DNA from: Candidatus Cloacimonadales bacterium
GTDB taxonomy: Bacteria > Cloacimonadota > Cloacimonadia > Cloacimonadales > JAIOQZ01
NCBI GenBank assembly: GCA_963665815.1
Contig: OY762463.1
Location: forward strand, 1,632,001-1,696,000
DNA: 64,000 bases
Direction of reading: 5' to 3'
Shown here: piece by piece, positions 42,152-52,368 of the stretch
Numbering within the stretch: the first letter of the stretch is position 1
How the letters are laid out: each line of letters opens with the position of its first letter
Translations under genes and position numbers: made by a program
Notes under the pieces: model-generated
What the model was told of the DNA's origin: nothing
Seen by the model: the letters and a program-made list of their open reading frames with translations, nothing else
Database searches by the model: none

Positions 42152-43402
42152 ATGTCAAAATATAAGTTGATTTTTGTTATACTTTTCATTTCAGCTTTTT
42201 GCTCAGCTGATATTCTTATCCCTATGGATAATACTCAAACAGATCACCTAAAAGCCTATGGAGTTGCCTTTAAAGCATTGAAGAACCATAGAACCGTCAA
42301 ATGGCTGTTGAACTATAGAGGAGGTTCATTTCTGGTTGAAGCAGGAAGCGATGAGATAAATGACTGCAAAATCAACGGAGTATTATACAATAGTATATCT
42401 CAGTCTGAAATCGGGCAGATAATGCTTGAAATAGAACAATCAAATATGGAGTCTGTGCTTCTTGAAAAAGAACCCAGAATAGCTGTTTATACTCCACCTA
42501 CAAGTCAACCCTGGGATGATGCTGTTACACTTGTACTTAAATATGCCGATATAGAATACGACACTGTCTGGGATAGAGAAGTCCTGGAAGATAAACTGAA
42601 CGATTACGACTGGATTCACCTTCATCACGAAGATTTCACAGGTCAATATGGTAAATTCTATGCAAGTTTCAGGAATTACCAATGGTATAAGGATGAAGTA
42701 GCAACAAATGAAAAAATAGCTTCAGAACTTGGTTTTGATTCTGTCTGGAAGCTTAAACATGCAGTTGCTGAAAAAATTAGATCTTATGTTGTTGGTGGTG
42801 GATTCCTCTTTGCCATGTGTGCAGCTACAGACACATATGATATTGCTCTATCAGCCAAAGATGTTGATATATGTGAATCTGTATATGATAATTCCGGAGT
42901 TGACCCCAATTATCCTGCAAAACTGGATTTTGACAGGACTTTTGCTTTTACCGACTTCTCTCTGGAAACAAGTCCTATGGTATATGAGTTCTCTTCAATA
43001 GACGGTTCTGATTACGCAAAAATCAGGGGAGCAGAAGAAGACTATTTCGTATTGTTTGATTTTTCTGCAAAGTATGATCAGATTCCGACTATGCTGACAC
43101 AAAACCATACTGAATACATAAATGGATTTCTGGGACAAACAACCTCATTCATCAAGAAGTACATTAAAAAAAGTGTTATCATCATGGGTGATGTTCCTGA
43201 ATCAGAAGAAGCAAAATATATTCATGGTAACATCGGGAAAGGGACATTCACGTTTTATGGTGGTCATGATCCGGAAGATTATCAGCATAAAGTTGGAGAT
43301 CCCCCAACAGTACTGGATCTGCATAAAAATTCACCGGGCTACAGATTAATCCTGAATAATGTTCTTTTTCCTGCAGCCCAGAAAAAGAAACTTAAAACCT
43401 GA
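42152..43402 (+). CDS. Conserved exported protein (FCB-group family often labelled asparagine synthetase B; function unverified)
   Basis: LIPMD..Q.DHLKAYG, WLLNYRGGSF, PWDDAVTL, HLHHEDFTGQYGKF, GGHDPEDYQH. Confidence 0.7.
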   Translation: MSKYKLIFVILFISAFCSADILIPMDNTQTDHLKAYGVAFKALKNHRTVKWLLNYRGGSFLVEAGSDEINDCKINGVLYNSISQSEIGQIMLEIEQSNMESVLLEKEPRIAVYTPPTSQPWDDAVTLVLKYADIEYDTVWDREVLEDKLNDYDWIHLHHEDFTGQYGKFYASFRNYQWYKDEVATNEKIASELGFDSVWKLKHAVAEKIRSYVVGGGFLFAMCAATDTYDIALSAKDVDICESVYDNSGVDPNYPAKLDFDRTFAFTDFSLETSPMVYEFSSIDGSDYAKIRGAEEDYFVLFDFSAKYDQIPTMLTQNHTEYINGFLGQTTSFIKKYIKKSVIIMGDVPESEEAKYIHGNIGKGTFTFYGGHDPEDYQHKVGDPPTVLDLHKNSPGYRLILNNVLFPAAQKKKLKT

Positions 43403-43457
43403 GACCTTTGCATAACCGCAATTTTAATTACTCCAGTTATCCAAAAGCCTCATTCGT

Positions 43458-44105
43458 TTAATCCAATTGCAACAATACGGAAGGAGATGCAGCTATCATT
43501 TCTGCTCCGCTTTTCTGCAGAACAAGAGCTGATCTATATCCCCAGCTTACTCCGATTCTGTGAATACCGACATTCATACCAGTTTTCATGTCAACATCAG
43601 AATCACCAACCATTGCACTTACTTCTTTATCAAGAGAATGTGAGTTGAAAAAATCATCCAGAAACTGTGAATCCGGCTTTGGTCTGAATCCCTTCTGATG
43701 TCCGTATACACCTTTTAGAAAAGGAGTCAGTTTCGCCTGTTTTACCAGATTAACAGTAAACGCATGCGGTTTATTGGAATAAATATAAACCTGTTTACCT
43801 CTTGTGTACAACTCTTTAACTACCATTTCCATACCCGGATAAACCTTAGATCTCACAAAAAGATTTCTCGAATACAAATCTCTGTACTTTTCCATTAATA
43901 CTGCAGCTTCAACCTTAACTCCTGTAACCTCTATAATGTTCTCAATCAGAGGCATAAGCCCTTTTCCCACTCCAAGTCTTACAGTTTCAATTGAAACAGG
44001 TTCCACCTCATAAGTCTTAAGCACTTCGTTCATACAATAAGTCAGATCAGCAAGTGTATCTACAATAGTTCCATCCAGATCAAAAAAGAAGTTATTGATT
44101 TTCAT
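43458..44105 (-). CDS. HAD family hydrolase (phosphoglycolate phosphatase-like)
   Basis: FDLDGT, SNK, KPD, MVGDSDVD and VSWGY motifs. Confidence 0.9.
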   Translation of the reverse strand: MKINNFFFDLDGTIVDTLADLTYCMNEVLKTYEVEPVSIETVRLGVGKGLMPLIENIIEVTGVKVEAAVLMEKYRDLYSRNLFVRSKVYPGMEMVVKELYTRGKQVYIYSNKPHAFTVNLVKQAKLTPFLKGVYGHQKGFRPKPDSQFLDDFFNSHSLDKEVSAMVGDSDVDMKTGMNVGIHRIGVSWGYRSALVLQKSGAEMIAASPSVLLQLD

Positions 44106-44108
44106 ACA

Positions 44109-45377
44109 TTATCCTTCGTTGAGTATTTCGGATATAGTGTAGAGAGATCCGGTTACTACAATAATATCATCGCTGGCTGCATTAGCAACTGCTGCCTCTT
44201 TTGCTTCCTGAACATTGTTTGTCACGAAGAACGGTAATCCTGCTTTCTCAACAATTTCTACCTGATCCTGAATTTCAGCAGCTCTGTTAGATTTGTTCTT
44301 ACTGATAAAGAATTTTTCACCTATTTCACACATAGCACTAATCATTTTATCAATCTTCTTGTCTCTGAGAATTGCCAGAACAAATGTTATTTTCTTGTCC
44401 GGGAAGAGTTTTTTAAGGTTATCAACAAGACGGAAAACACCTTCTTCATTATGAGCCCCATCAAGAAGGACAAGAGGTGTCTTCTGAATAATCTGCATCC
44501 TGCCTTTCCATGTAACTTCTTCCAGACCTTTTCTGATCAGGCTGATGTTTTCTTCTATATCATGATTCGCAGCGTATTCAATAAAGGCAGTAATAGCCAG
44601 TCCGGCATTCAATGCCTGATGTTCACCGAGAAGTCCAACTCTTACATCTTTCATTGTAATACCGTTATAAGAATAATCAAACAATGTGCTATGAAGATCA
44701 ACTCGAATATTACTTACTGTGTAATCTATATCAGGCTGGATAAGCTCTGCACTTCTCTGTTGACAGACTTCTTTGATAACGTCAACAGCTTCAACAGGAA
44801 GATAACCAATTATAACCTTTTGATTTTCCTTAATGATTCCCGCTTTTTCAAAAGCAATTTTTTCTATTGTATCTCCCAGACTTTTAGGATGATCAATTGA
44901 GATACTTGTGATAACTGAGACATCGGCGTTAAACGGATTTGTTCCATCGAGACGTCCACCGAGACCTACCTCGAAAATAGCAGTGTCGACTTCCTGCTCC
45001 AGAAGATAATAAAATGCCAGAGCGGTAGTAATCTCAAAGAAAGATGCTTCGTTCTTCTGAAGTACATCTTCCCATTTATTGTATATTCTGAGAATATCTT
45101 CAAACTTGATATCCTCTTTGTTTATCCTTATTCTTTCTCTATAGTCTACGAGGTGAGGAGATGTATTCAATCCTGTCTTTAACCCATGCTCCATTGCTAA
45201 TGATTCACACATTGCTGAAGTTGAACCTTTTCCATTTGTACCTGCAACATGAATACCTTTAAGCTTCTGATCAGGATTTCCCATTTCTTTCAGAATGTTC
45301 AGCATTCTATCCAGTCCAAGTTTGACATTACCTGAGTGTCTTTCGTAGATATATTCCAGAAATTCTTTATATTCCAT
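44109..45377 (-). CDS. folC: Folylpolyglutamate synthase/dihydrofolate synthase
   Basis: IHVAGTNGKGST, TSPHL, EVGLGGRLD, EKAGIIK and DGAHN motifs. Confidence 0.96.
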   Translation of the reverse strand: MEYKEFLEYIYERHSGNVKLGLDRMLNILKEMGNPDQKLKGIHVAGTNGKGSTSAMCESLAMEHGLKTGLNTSPHLVDYRERIRINKEDIKFEDILRIYNKWEDVLQKNEASFFEITTALAFYYLLEQEVDTAIFEVGLGGRLDGTNPFNADVSVITSISIDHPKSLGDTIEKIAFEKAGIIKENQKVIIGYLPVEAVDVIKEVCQQRSAELIQPDIDYTVSNIRVDLHSTLFDYSYNGITMKDVRVGLLGEHQALNAGLAITAFIEYAANHDIEENISLIRKGLEEVTWKGRMQIIQKTPLVLLDGAHNEEGVFRLVDNLKKLFPDKKITFVLAILRDKKIDKMISAMCEIGEKFFISKNKSNRAAEIQDQVEIVEKAGLPFFVTNNVQEAKEAAVANAASDDIIVVTGSLYTISEILNEG

Positions 45378-45394
45378 CTTTTCTCCTGTATATT

Positions 45395-45423
45395 AAAAAA
45401 ACCTTCAAGATAACTTGAAGGTT
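45395..45423 (-). terminator. Intrinsic terminator after the pilin-like gene
   Basis: AACCTTCAAG-ATAA-CTTGAAGGTT with an A-run on +. Confidence 0.75.
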
Positions 45424-45440
45424 GTAAGTACTAAAAATGT

Positions 45441-45851
45441 TTATTCCAAATCAGGAATTGCATGATCCTTAAAACCGTTATGTCCAGCCCTTGGTTCATG
45501 GTTTGGGCAAACAACAGTTACTTTGTATGTCTGATTACCATATTCATCAGTAACAATCCTGCCAATAGCCTGATATTTATCACCAACACCGTTTTCAGGG
45601 CACTCATAAGTTTTCTTCAAAAAACCTGTTCTTTGCAGATCAAGCAGATCACCATTGAAATCTTCATGTCTGTCTTCCATATAATCTTTAACTGCTGCCT
45701 GTATAAGCTTCATGTTTTTAATACATTGCTCAGTATTCTCTTTTTCTTTAAGATTAAAACATCTTGGCAGTACAAGTATGAACAATAATGCTGCAAGAGC
45801 AACAATAGTTATTACTGTATACATACTGAAACCTTTATTTGATAACTGCAT
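45441..45851 (-). CDS. Type IV pilin/pseudopilin-like protein
   Basis: NKG|FSM class III cleavage site, hydrophobic helix ending in LP, C..NM..I..A, CP...CP.H. Confidence 0.65.
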   Translation of the reverse strand: MQLSNKGFSMYTVITIVALAALLFILVLPRCFNLKEKENTEQCIKNMKLIQAAVKDYMEDRHEDFNGDLLDLQRTGFLKKTYECPENGVGDKYQAIGRIVTDEYGNQTYKVTVVCPNHEPRAGHNGFKDHAIPDLE

Positions 45852-45986
45852 ATGAGCTCCTATGGTTTTTCTTTTAATTCAATTTCATCCTTGATTTCCG
45901 TCAAGTTTTTTTACACATAACCTTTTTACAGCCTCAAGGGTATATGATTTTATATCAATAAAACACAGATAGTGATTACTCTAAGT

Positions 45987-46520
45987 TCACTTTTCTTTGA
46001 AAATATCATTACCTTCAGAATCTATTGCCACAATGCAAGGAAATTCCTTAAGTTTGAGTCTATATATTGCTTCAGGTCCAAGATCCGGAAATGCAATTAG
46101 ATCATTTTCGACAACACATTCGGAGAGCACAGCACTGATTCCACCAACAGCTACGAAATATACTGCTCCGAGTTCTTCGATCTCATCTATCACTTCCTGC
46201 CGTCTTTTACCTTTACCAATCATTCCGTTTACACCGTTTTCAAGAAGTATTCCGGTATACTTGTCCATTCTTGTTGACGTTGTCGGTCCTATAGAGCCAA
46301 TCACTCTTTCAGGTGGATTTGGTGTTGGTCCCGTATAGAATATTGTCTGATTCTTCAAATCGAAAGGTAATTTCTCATCATTGCGAATCATCTTTTTAAT
46401 TCTTCTGTGAGCAACATCTCTCATTGTATATACATAACCGGAAAGCAGAACATAATCTCCGACTTTCAGCATTTTAATATCTTCATCGTTAAGCGGTAAA
46501 TATATTTCAATAGGTTTCAT
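45987..46520 (-). CDS. Fe-S hydro-lyase (fumarate/tartrate) beta subunit
   Basis: RDVAH, GPTTSTRM, MIGKG, DLGPEAI, VAIDSEG. Confidence 0.92.
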   Translation of the reverse strand: MKPIEIYLPLNDEDIKMLKVGDYVLLSGYVYTMRDVAHRRIKKMIRNDEKLPFDLKNQTIFYTGPTPNPPERVIGSIGPTTSTRMDKYTGILLENGVNGMIGKGKRRQEVIDEIEELGAVYFVAVGGISAVLSECVVENDLIAFPDLGPEAIYRLKLKEFPCIVAIDSEGNDIFKEK

Positions 46521-47365
46521 TATATCTCCACACTGCTGTGTCTTGCTGCATGACATTGCAGGTTAATAGCTAAAGGCATTGAAGCAATATGACATGATTC
46601 TGCCATGATTTTAACTCCAATAGCAGTTGTATTTCCACCAAGTCCCTGTGGACCTGTTCCGGTATCATTTATTTCTTTCAGTAATCGTTCTTCAAGCTTA
46701 TTCCATTTATCATCAGGATTTTCATCATACAGATCTCTCAGCAAAGCCTTTTTTGCCAGAAGAGCACAATAATCAATTGTTCCCCCGATACCAATACCAA
46801 CAATCAATGGAGCACAGGCATTAGCAGCATTCTTCTTTACATGCTCAACAACAAATTCAACAATTTGATCTTCCTTAATATCAACCGGCATCATTTTAAC
46901 ACAGCTTACATTCTCAGAACCTGCCCCTTTATTCAGAACAGTTATTTTCAGATCTCTGCCCTCTGCAATATCTGTATAGATTATTGCAGGAGTGTTAGTT
47001 CCTGTGTTTTTTCTATCGAAAAGAGGATCTTTTACAATAGATTTCCTCAAATAAAACTCATCATAAGCTTCCTGAACTCCATCCTGAATAGCTTTATTCA
47101 ATACACCGCCTGTGATATGGACATCACTGCCCATCTCAACAAAAACAATTACAATACCGGTATCCTGACATAACGGGATACGTTTATCTACAGCTACTTT
47201 GTGATTTTTAAGAATCAGCTCAAGTATATGCTTTGCTCTGTCATTGGTCTCCTTCTCTGCAAATTCCTTTAATTTACTGCGGACATCAGCATTAACATGA
47301 AAGTTTGCCCGGAAACACATTTCCTTAACGTTTTCCTTTATTGTGATGCAATCAATTTTTCTCAT
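46520..47365 (-). CDS. Fe-S hydro-lyase (fumarate/tartrate) alpha subunit
   Basis: PLCQDTG, KGAGSEN, GIGIGG, GPQGLGG, HIASMP...CHAAR. Confidence 0.92.
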   Translation of the reverse strand: MRKIDCITIKENVKEMCFRANFHVNADVRSKLKEFAEKETNDRAKHILELILKNHKVAVDKRIPLCQDTGIVIVFVEMGSDVHITGGVLNKAIQDGVQEAYDEFYLRKSIVKDPLFDRKNTGTNTPAIIYTDIAEGRDLKITVLNKGAGSENVSCVKMMPVDIKEDQIVEFVVEHVKKNAANACAPLIVGIGIGGTIDYCALLAKKALLRDLYDENPDDKWNKLEERLLKEINDTGTGPQGLGGNTTAIGVKIMAESCHIASMPLAINLQCHAARHSSVEI

Positions 47366-50300
47366 TTCCATTCCATTTTCCGATAAACTCAAGAATTTCA
47401 ATTGCTTTTGCAACGATCGAAACTTTTGAGCTATTCTTGTCTGCCGGTAATGTATATATAATTTTCAGAGACTTCATTGTCTCAAACTTTACCGGATATG
47501 TAAATTTTGACATTAATAATCCTATATTCTTCCTTGGTGGAAGATTCTTCAAATCATACTCTATTATAAATTGTTCATTCTTCAGCTTACAGGATTTCAT
47601 GCCTGCTTTTGCTGAAAAACATCTCAGCCTGTAAAAATTTATTGTTTCCTGAGCCGGTCCCGGAATCTCTCCGAATCTGTCATGCAGTTCCTTTTCAAGA
47701 TCATTGAACTGCTCAGGTTCGCTAAGTCCAAGCAAACGTTTATACATTTTCAGACGTACAGATTCACTTTTAATGTATTCTTCTGGGAAATAGTTATCTG
47801 TCTCTATTCTTACTCTGACTGTTTCTTCATGCTTTTCTTCTTCCCAGACAGGTTTGTTGTTTTCCATGTTTTCAACTGCCTGCTCCAAAAGTTTATAGTA
47901 GTAATTAAATCCTACAGAATTTATCACTCCACTCTGCTTTGTACCAAGCATTGTTCCGGCTCCACGCAGTTCCAGATCCCGCATGGCAATCTGATAACCT
48001 GCTCCAAGATAATCATACTCCGTAAGAGTCTCAAGCCTTTTTCGTGCCTGTTCATTCATTTTACCCGGCATGACAAGATACGCATAAGCTCTTCTGTTGG
48101 AGCGTCCAACACGACCTCTGAGCTGATAAAGCTGTGCCAGTCCGAACATGTCAGCTCTGTTTATGATTATGGTATTAGCATTAGGTATATCAATCCCTGA
48201 TTCGATGATTGTTGATGCTATCAGCACATCAAACTTGTGATTTGAGAATGCTACCATTATAGATTCAAGCTGCTTCTCCGGCATCTGACCATGTGCAACT
48301 TCCATACTTGCATTCGGTACAAGCTTTCTCAGCTCTCTTTTAACACTGTCTATAGTCTGTACACGATTATGCAGAAAGAATATCTGACCTCCACGGTCTA
48401 TCTCTCTGTTAATTGCATCTTTTATCACTTCTTCATCATAAGGTACAACAATTGTACGTACCGGAAGCCTGGCTTTGGGTGATGTCTGAATCAGCGAAAT
48501 CTCCTTAAGTTTGGACAATGCCATTCCAAGTGTTCTCGGAATAGGAGTTGCAGACATATACAAAGTATCTACGTTGGATTTAATTTTTCTGATTTTTTCC
48601 TTATGTCTAACCCCGAATCTATGTTCTTCATCAATAATCAATAAACCAAGTTTATTGAACTGAATATCTTTGGAAAGCAGTCTGTGAGTTCCGATTGCAA
48701 TATCGACTTCACCTTTCATAATCCTGACAACATCTCTATCTATATTAGCTTTTGAGCGGAATCGACTGAACATCGCAATATTAACCGGATACTGAGCGAG
48801 ACGTTCCTTGAACACATAGTAATGCTGCTCTGCCAGTAAAGTTGTCGGAACCAGTACTACTACCTGCCAGCCACTGACAACAGCCTTGAACGCTGCCCTG
48901 ATAGCTACCTCAGTTTTACCAAAACCAACATCTCCACATAAAAGCCTTTCCATTGGTACGATTGATTCCATATCTGCTTTAATCTCATTTGTAGCTCTTT
49001 TCTGGTCAGGTGTATCCTCGTAAATGAAAGATTCTTCCATCTCAGTCTGCCAGACTGTATCTTTTTCAAACGCAACTCCTCTGCGTGATTTCCTTTCTGC
49101 ATAGAGTTTTACAATATCATCGGCTACAAGCTCAATCTGCTTTCTGGCACGGGATTTCATCTGATCCCATTTTTTACCGCCAAGCTTGTGAATTACCGGC
49201 TTGAATCCCTCATCGGATACATATTTGGAAACAAGATCAAGTTGATAAGTCGGTACATAGACCTTGTCACCACCGGCATAAGCTATTGACAGACATTCAA
49301 TTTCACTACCATCTATATTCTGAATGACCAAACCTTCATATATTCCTATACCATAATTGATATGAACAATATAGTCTCCCGGATTAAGAGATTCATAGTC
49401 CACCAGTGCTTCATTCTTGGAAAACTTTGCCTGATATTTTTTCTTTTTGTATCTGCTGAAAATCTCATGATCAGTGTATACTGCGAGTTTTGTATCCTGA
49501 TCAATGAAGCCCTTATGCAGAACACCAAGTGAGAATTTTATCTTATGAGCCAGATCCGGAATAAGTTCCTTCATCCTCTTTGACTGGCTTTTATTGTCTG
49601 ACTGAATAAATATCGTATAATCTTCTTCAATCTTTTCATTTAAATTAGTTTCGAATGCAGAAAGATCACCATGCATATTAGTCTGCGAAATATAAGGTGA
49701 TTCAATTTTATCCTGAATAGCTCTGAAGTTCTGAAATGAATTACATATAAAGAAAACTTTGTTATTCCTGAACAGCTTTGAAACAAGTGATTTACCTGCA
49801 AAAACTTTGTCCGGTTCCGGTATCAGAATTCTTCCTGTTTTCTTTGCCTTTTCCCACAGCTCTACGGTTTCATCTTCCATCTCTTTTATGTATGTATTCA
49901 CATATTGATATTCATCAAAAAATATAATGCTTTCATTGCGATCGAAATATTCATGGAAGTTCTCTGTTGTCTTGAAAAGCAATGGAATATCAACTTCAAT
50001 TCCTTCATAGAATCCACTATTGTGCACCTTGTTCCAGAGTTTTTCATCAGCTTCAATGTTCTGTATTGAGATCTCTCTCGATGGAAGGATAGTAATCTCT
50101 GCAACATCATTTCCGGTTGATCGCTGTGAACTGACATGGAATTCCCTGATGGATACAATTTCATCTCCAAAGAACTCAATTCTGTAAGGGGAATAGTGGT
50201 TCGGACTGAAAACATCTATCAATCCGCCTCTACGTGCAAAGTCACCAACTTTCGCAACCTGATACTCTGTATTATATCCGGCACTTACAAGATTAGATAC

Positions 50301-50762
50301 CAGGACATCCAGATCATACTCTTTTCCTGCTTCAAGTTTCAGTATTGTTTTACTCAGCATTTTCGCAGGAGTAATATACCTCAAGAATGCTCTCAAAGAA
50401 AGAGAATAGATTCCAGGATTACCGGACACAGCAGCAGCAAGAGTTTCAATCCTCTGAGCTCTGATAGAATAGTGAGGAGAACGTTCTTCATAAGGCAGAA
50501 CCTCAAAATCAGGCAGAAAATGAGCATTGTCTTTCCCACATAATAATGCCAGATCGTCATACAGTTCTTCAGCTAACCTGTCATCAGCACTGACCGCTAT
50601 TATGTTCTTTTCAGTTTTCTTAAACGCACGAGCCAGAACTATGGCTTTTGTAGATTTGTTTAACCCGTAAAACAAGGTTTTGTTGTTTGATATAAGCTGT
50701 TCGTTGAAAATATGCCAGAACGAAGACTTGTCTAAATATTGCTCCAGAGAATTATAAAACAT
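47352..50762 (-). CDS. mfd: Transcription-repair coupling factor
   Basis: CGDVGFGKTEVA, DEEHRFGV, MSATPIPRTL, QLRGRVGRS and DLELRGAG motifs. Confidence 0.98.
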   Translation of the reverse strand: MFYNSLEQYLDKSSFWHIFNEQLISNNKTLFYGLNKSTKAIVLARAFKKTEKNIIAVSADDRLAEELYDDLALLCGKDNAHFLPDFEVLPYEERSPHYSIRAQRIETLAAAVSGNPGIYSLSLRAFLRYITPAKMLSKTILKLEAGKEYDLDVLVSNLVSAGYNTEYQVAKVGDFARRGGLIDVFSPNHYSPYRIEFFGDEIVSIREFHVSSQRSTGNDVAEITILPSREISIQNIEADEKLWNKVHNSGFYEGIEVDIPLLFKTTENFHEYFDRNESIIFFDEYQYVNTYIKEMEDETVELWEKAKKTGRILIPEPDKVFAGKSLVSKLFRNNKVFFICNSFQNFRAIQDKIESPYISQTNMHGDLSAFETNLNEKIEEDYTIFIQSDNKSQSKRMKELIPDLAHKIKFSLGVLHKGFIDQDTKLAVYTDHEIFSRYKKKKYQAKFSKNEALVDYESLNPGDYIVHINYGIGIYEGLVIQNIDGSEIECLSIAYAGGDKVYVPTYQLDLVSKYVSDEGFKPVIHKLGGKKWDQMKSRARKQIELVADDIVKLYAERKSRRGVAFEKDTVWQTEMEESFIYEDTPDQKRATNEIKADMESIVPMERLLCGDVGFGKTEVAIRAAFKAVVSGWQVVVLVPTTLLAEQHYYVFKERLAQYPVNIAMFSRFRSKANIDRDVVRIMKGEVDIAIGTHRLLSKDIQFNKLGLLIIDEEHRFGVRHKEKIRKIKSNVDTLYMSATPIPRTLGMALSKLKEISLIQTSPKARLPVRTIVVPYDEEVIKDAINREIDRGGQIFFLHNRVQTIDSVKRELRKLVPNASMEVAHGQMPEKQLESIMVAFSNHKFDVLIASTIIESGIDIPNANTIIINRADMFGLAQLYQLRGRVGRSNRRAYAYLVMPGKMNEQARKRLETLTEYDYLGAGYQIAMRDLELRGAGTMLGTKQSGVINSVGFNYYYKLLEQAVENMENNKPVWEEEKHEETVRVRIETDNYFPEEYIKSESVRLKMYKRLLGLSEPEQFNDLEKELHDRFGEIPGPAQETINFYRLRCFSAKAGMKSCKLKNEQFIIEYDLKNLPPRKNIGLLMSKFTYPVKFETMKSLKIIYTLPADKNSSKVSIVAKAIEILEFIGKWNGNEKN

Positions 50763-50812
50763 TGACACCTCAGTCATTATTTCATTAAGTTAAAACAAAA
50801 AATCAGGTTTAC

Positions 50813-51472
50813 ATGAACAAAAAATTATTCTCAGGAAAAATTGACAAACTCTTTTATGAAAATGTTGCACTTATCAGTGATTTTGAGTTTGAAATCGACA
50901 CAGATTCAAAGATAGTGATCTTCGGAAAAACAGGTACCGGAAAGACTTCACTACTGCATTTGTTCAATAAACTGAACACTAACTTCGAAGGGCAAATTTC
51001 TTATAAAGGGGATTCTCTCAAAGTTGTTAATCCTATTGTGCTTCGCTCTTCAATTATGGAACTTACACAACACATGCCTGCTGAGAAAATGAAGGTCAGT
51101 GATTTTATGCATATTCCATATTCATTCTGTAAGAATAAAGACAAATCTTATGATAAAATCCAGACTAATTCTCTGATAAAGAAGTTCGAGCTTCAGGAAA
51201 ATGTCTTAGAGGCTGATTTGAGTGAGCTGTCCGGTGGTGAAAGACAGAGAATCTATCTGATTCGTTTGCTGGGGCTTAAACCGCAAATGATACTGCTGGA
51301 TGAGCCATCCTCCGCTCTGGATAAAGAAATTTCCGGTATTGTATGTGAATATATTCTGAATGAATATGAAGGAGCTGTGCTCTGTATCAGTCATGATCAT
51401 GTCTGGCAGAATGCTTTTCCCGAAAAATGGGAGCTGATCAATAAACAGGTGACAAGGACGGTAGTAAAATGA
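50813..51472 (+). CDS. ABC transporter ATP-binding protein (FetA/YbbL-like)
   Basis: GKTGTGKTS, LSGGERQR, LLDEPSSALD, ISHD. Confidence 0.8.
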   Translation: MNKKLFSGKIDKLFYENVALISDFEFEIDTDSKIVIFGKTGTGKTSLLHLFNKLNTNFEGQISYKGDSLKVVNPIVLRSSIMELTQHMPAEKMKVSDFMHIPYSFCKNKDKSYDKIQTNSLIKKFELQENVLEADLSELSGGERQRIYLIRLLGLKPQMILLDEPSSALDKEISGIVCEYILNEYEGAVLCISHDHVWQNAFPEKWELINKQVTRTVVK

Positions 51473-52242
51473 TCATTGAATTGAATCTGTTCTTCGCCGG
51501 ATTACTCCTGCTTATCCCGCTTGTCATTATTATTGTTTGTAAGCTTAATCTGATAAAGGACACAATTGTAGCCTTCTCCAGAATGATTATCCAGTTTGCC
51601 ATCATTGCTGTTATACTACAGTTTTTGTTTAATTCCGAGTCATTTCTTACAACTTCACTGTGGTTATTGGTTATGATAACAGCAGCTGTACTCACGGTTT
51701 ACGAGAAATTAAAACTACCTGCAAAAATCGTGATTCCTGTTCTCGGAGCTGCATTCCTGACAACAGTATTGTTTCTCCTGCCCTATATGGCATTTCTTGT
51801 TCTTAAGGCAGAACCATTTTATAAACCACAGTATGTAATCCCTATGTTCGGTATGATTCTGGGAAACAGCATGAGTGGTACAGCTCTGGCTTTAGAGCGT
51901 TATTACAGTGATCTGACAACAAATAAGGCAATATACCTCAACAAAATTGTACTTGGAGCAAAAGTATCTGAAGCCACAGAAAGTTTTTTCAAACCTGCAT
52001 TCAGAGCTGCACTTATTCCAAGAATTCTCAATATTGCTTCACTGGGACTGATCAGTCTACCCGGAATGATGACAGGTCAGATTATCAGTGGAACCAATCC
52101 GGTAGAAGCTATAAAATACCAGTCCATGATAATGGTATTTATCGTCACAGGAGTTACTATTTCAGTGCTTATAAGTCTGAAACTGTTTGAAAAACTAATC
52201 TTTGATTGTAACCTGATGCTGAAAGTGAATGGGAAGAAGTAA
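51469..52242 (+). CDS. ABC permease (FetB/YbbM, UPF0014)
   Basis: PQYVIP..GMILGNSM; GLISLPGMMTGQI..G..P.EA..YQ. Confidence 0.88.
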   Translation: MIIELNLFFAGLLLLIPLVIIIVCKLNLIKDTIVAFSRMIIQFAIIAVILQFLFNSESFLTTSLWLLVMITAAVLTVYEKLKLPAKIVIPVLGAAFLTTVLFLLPYMAFLVLKAEPFYKPQYVIPMFGMILGNSMSGTALALERYYSDLTTNKAIYLNKIVLGAKVSEATESFFKPAFRAALIPRILNIASLGLISLPGMMTGQIISGTNPVEAIKYQSMIMVFIVTGVTISVLISLKLFEKLIFDCNLMLKVNGKK

Positions 52243-52316
52243 CTCGGGTACATACATAGAAACAGAATAATGCATACTTTTAGCAGGCTTTTCCATATGT
52301 GAAATACACAATCTAT

Positions 52317-52344
52317 AAAAAAAGGCTGCGCATCAGGCAGCCTT
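52317..52344 (-). terminator. Intrinsic terminator after the Na/Pi transporter
   Basis: AAGGCTGC-N7-GCAGCCTT with an A-run on +. Confidence 0.8.
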
Positions 52345-52368
52345 CTATTTAGTAATATATGTAATACT

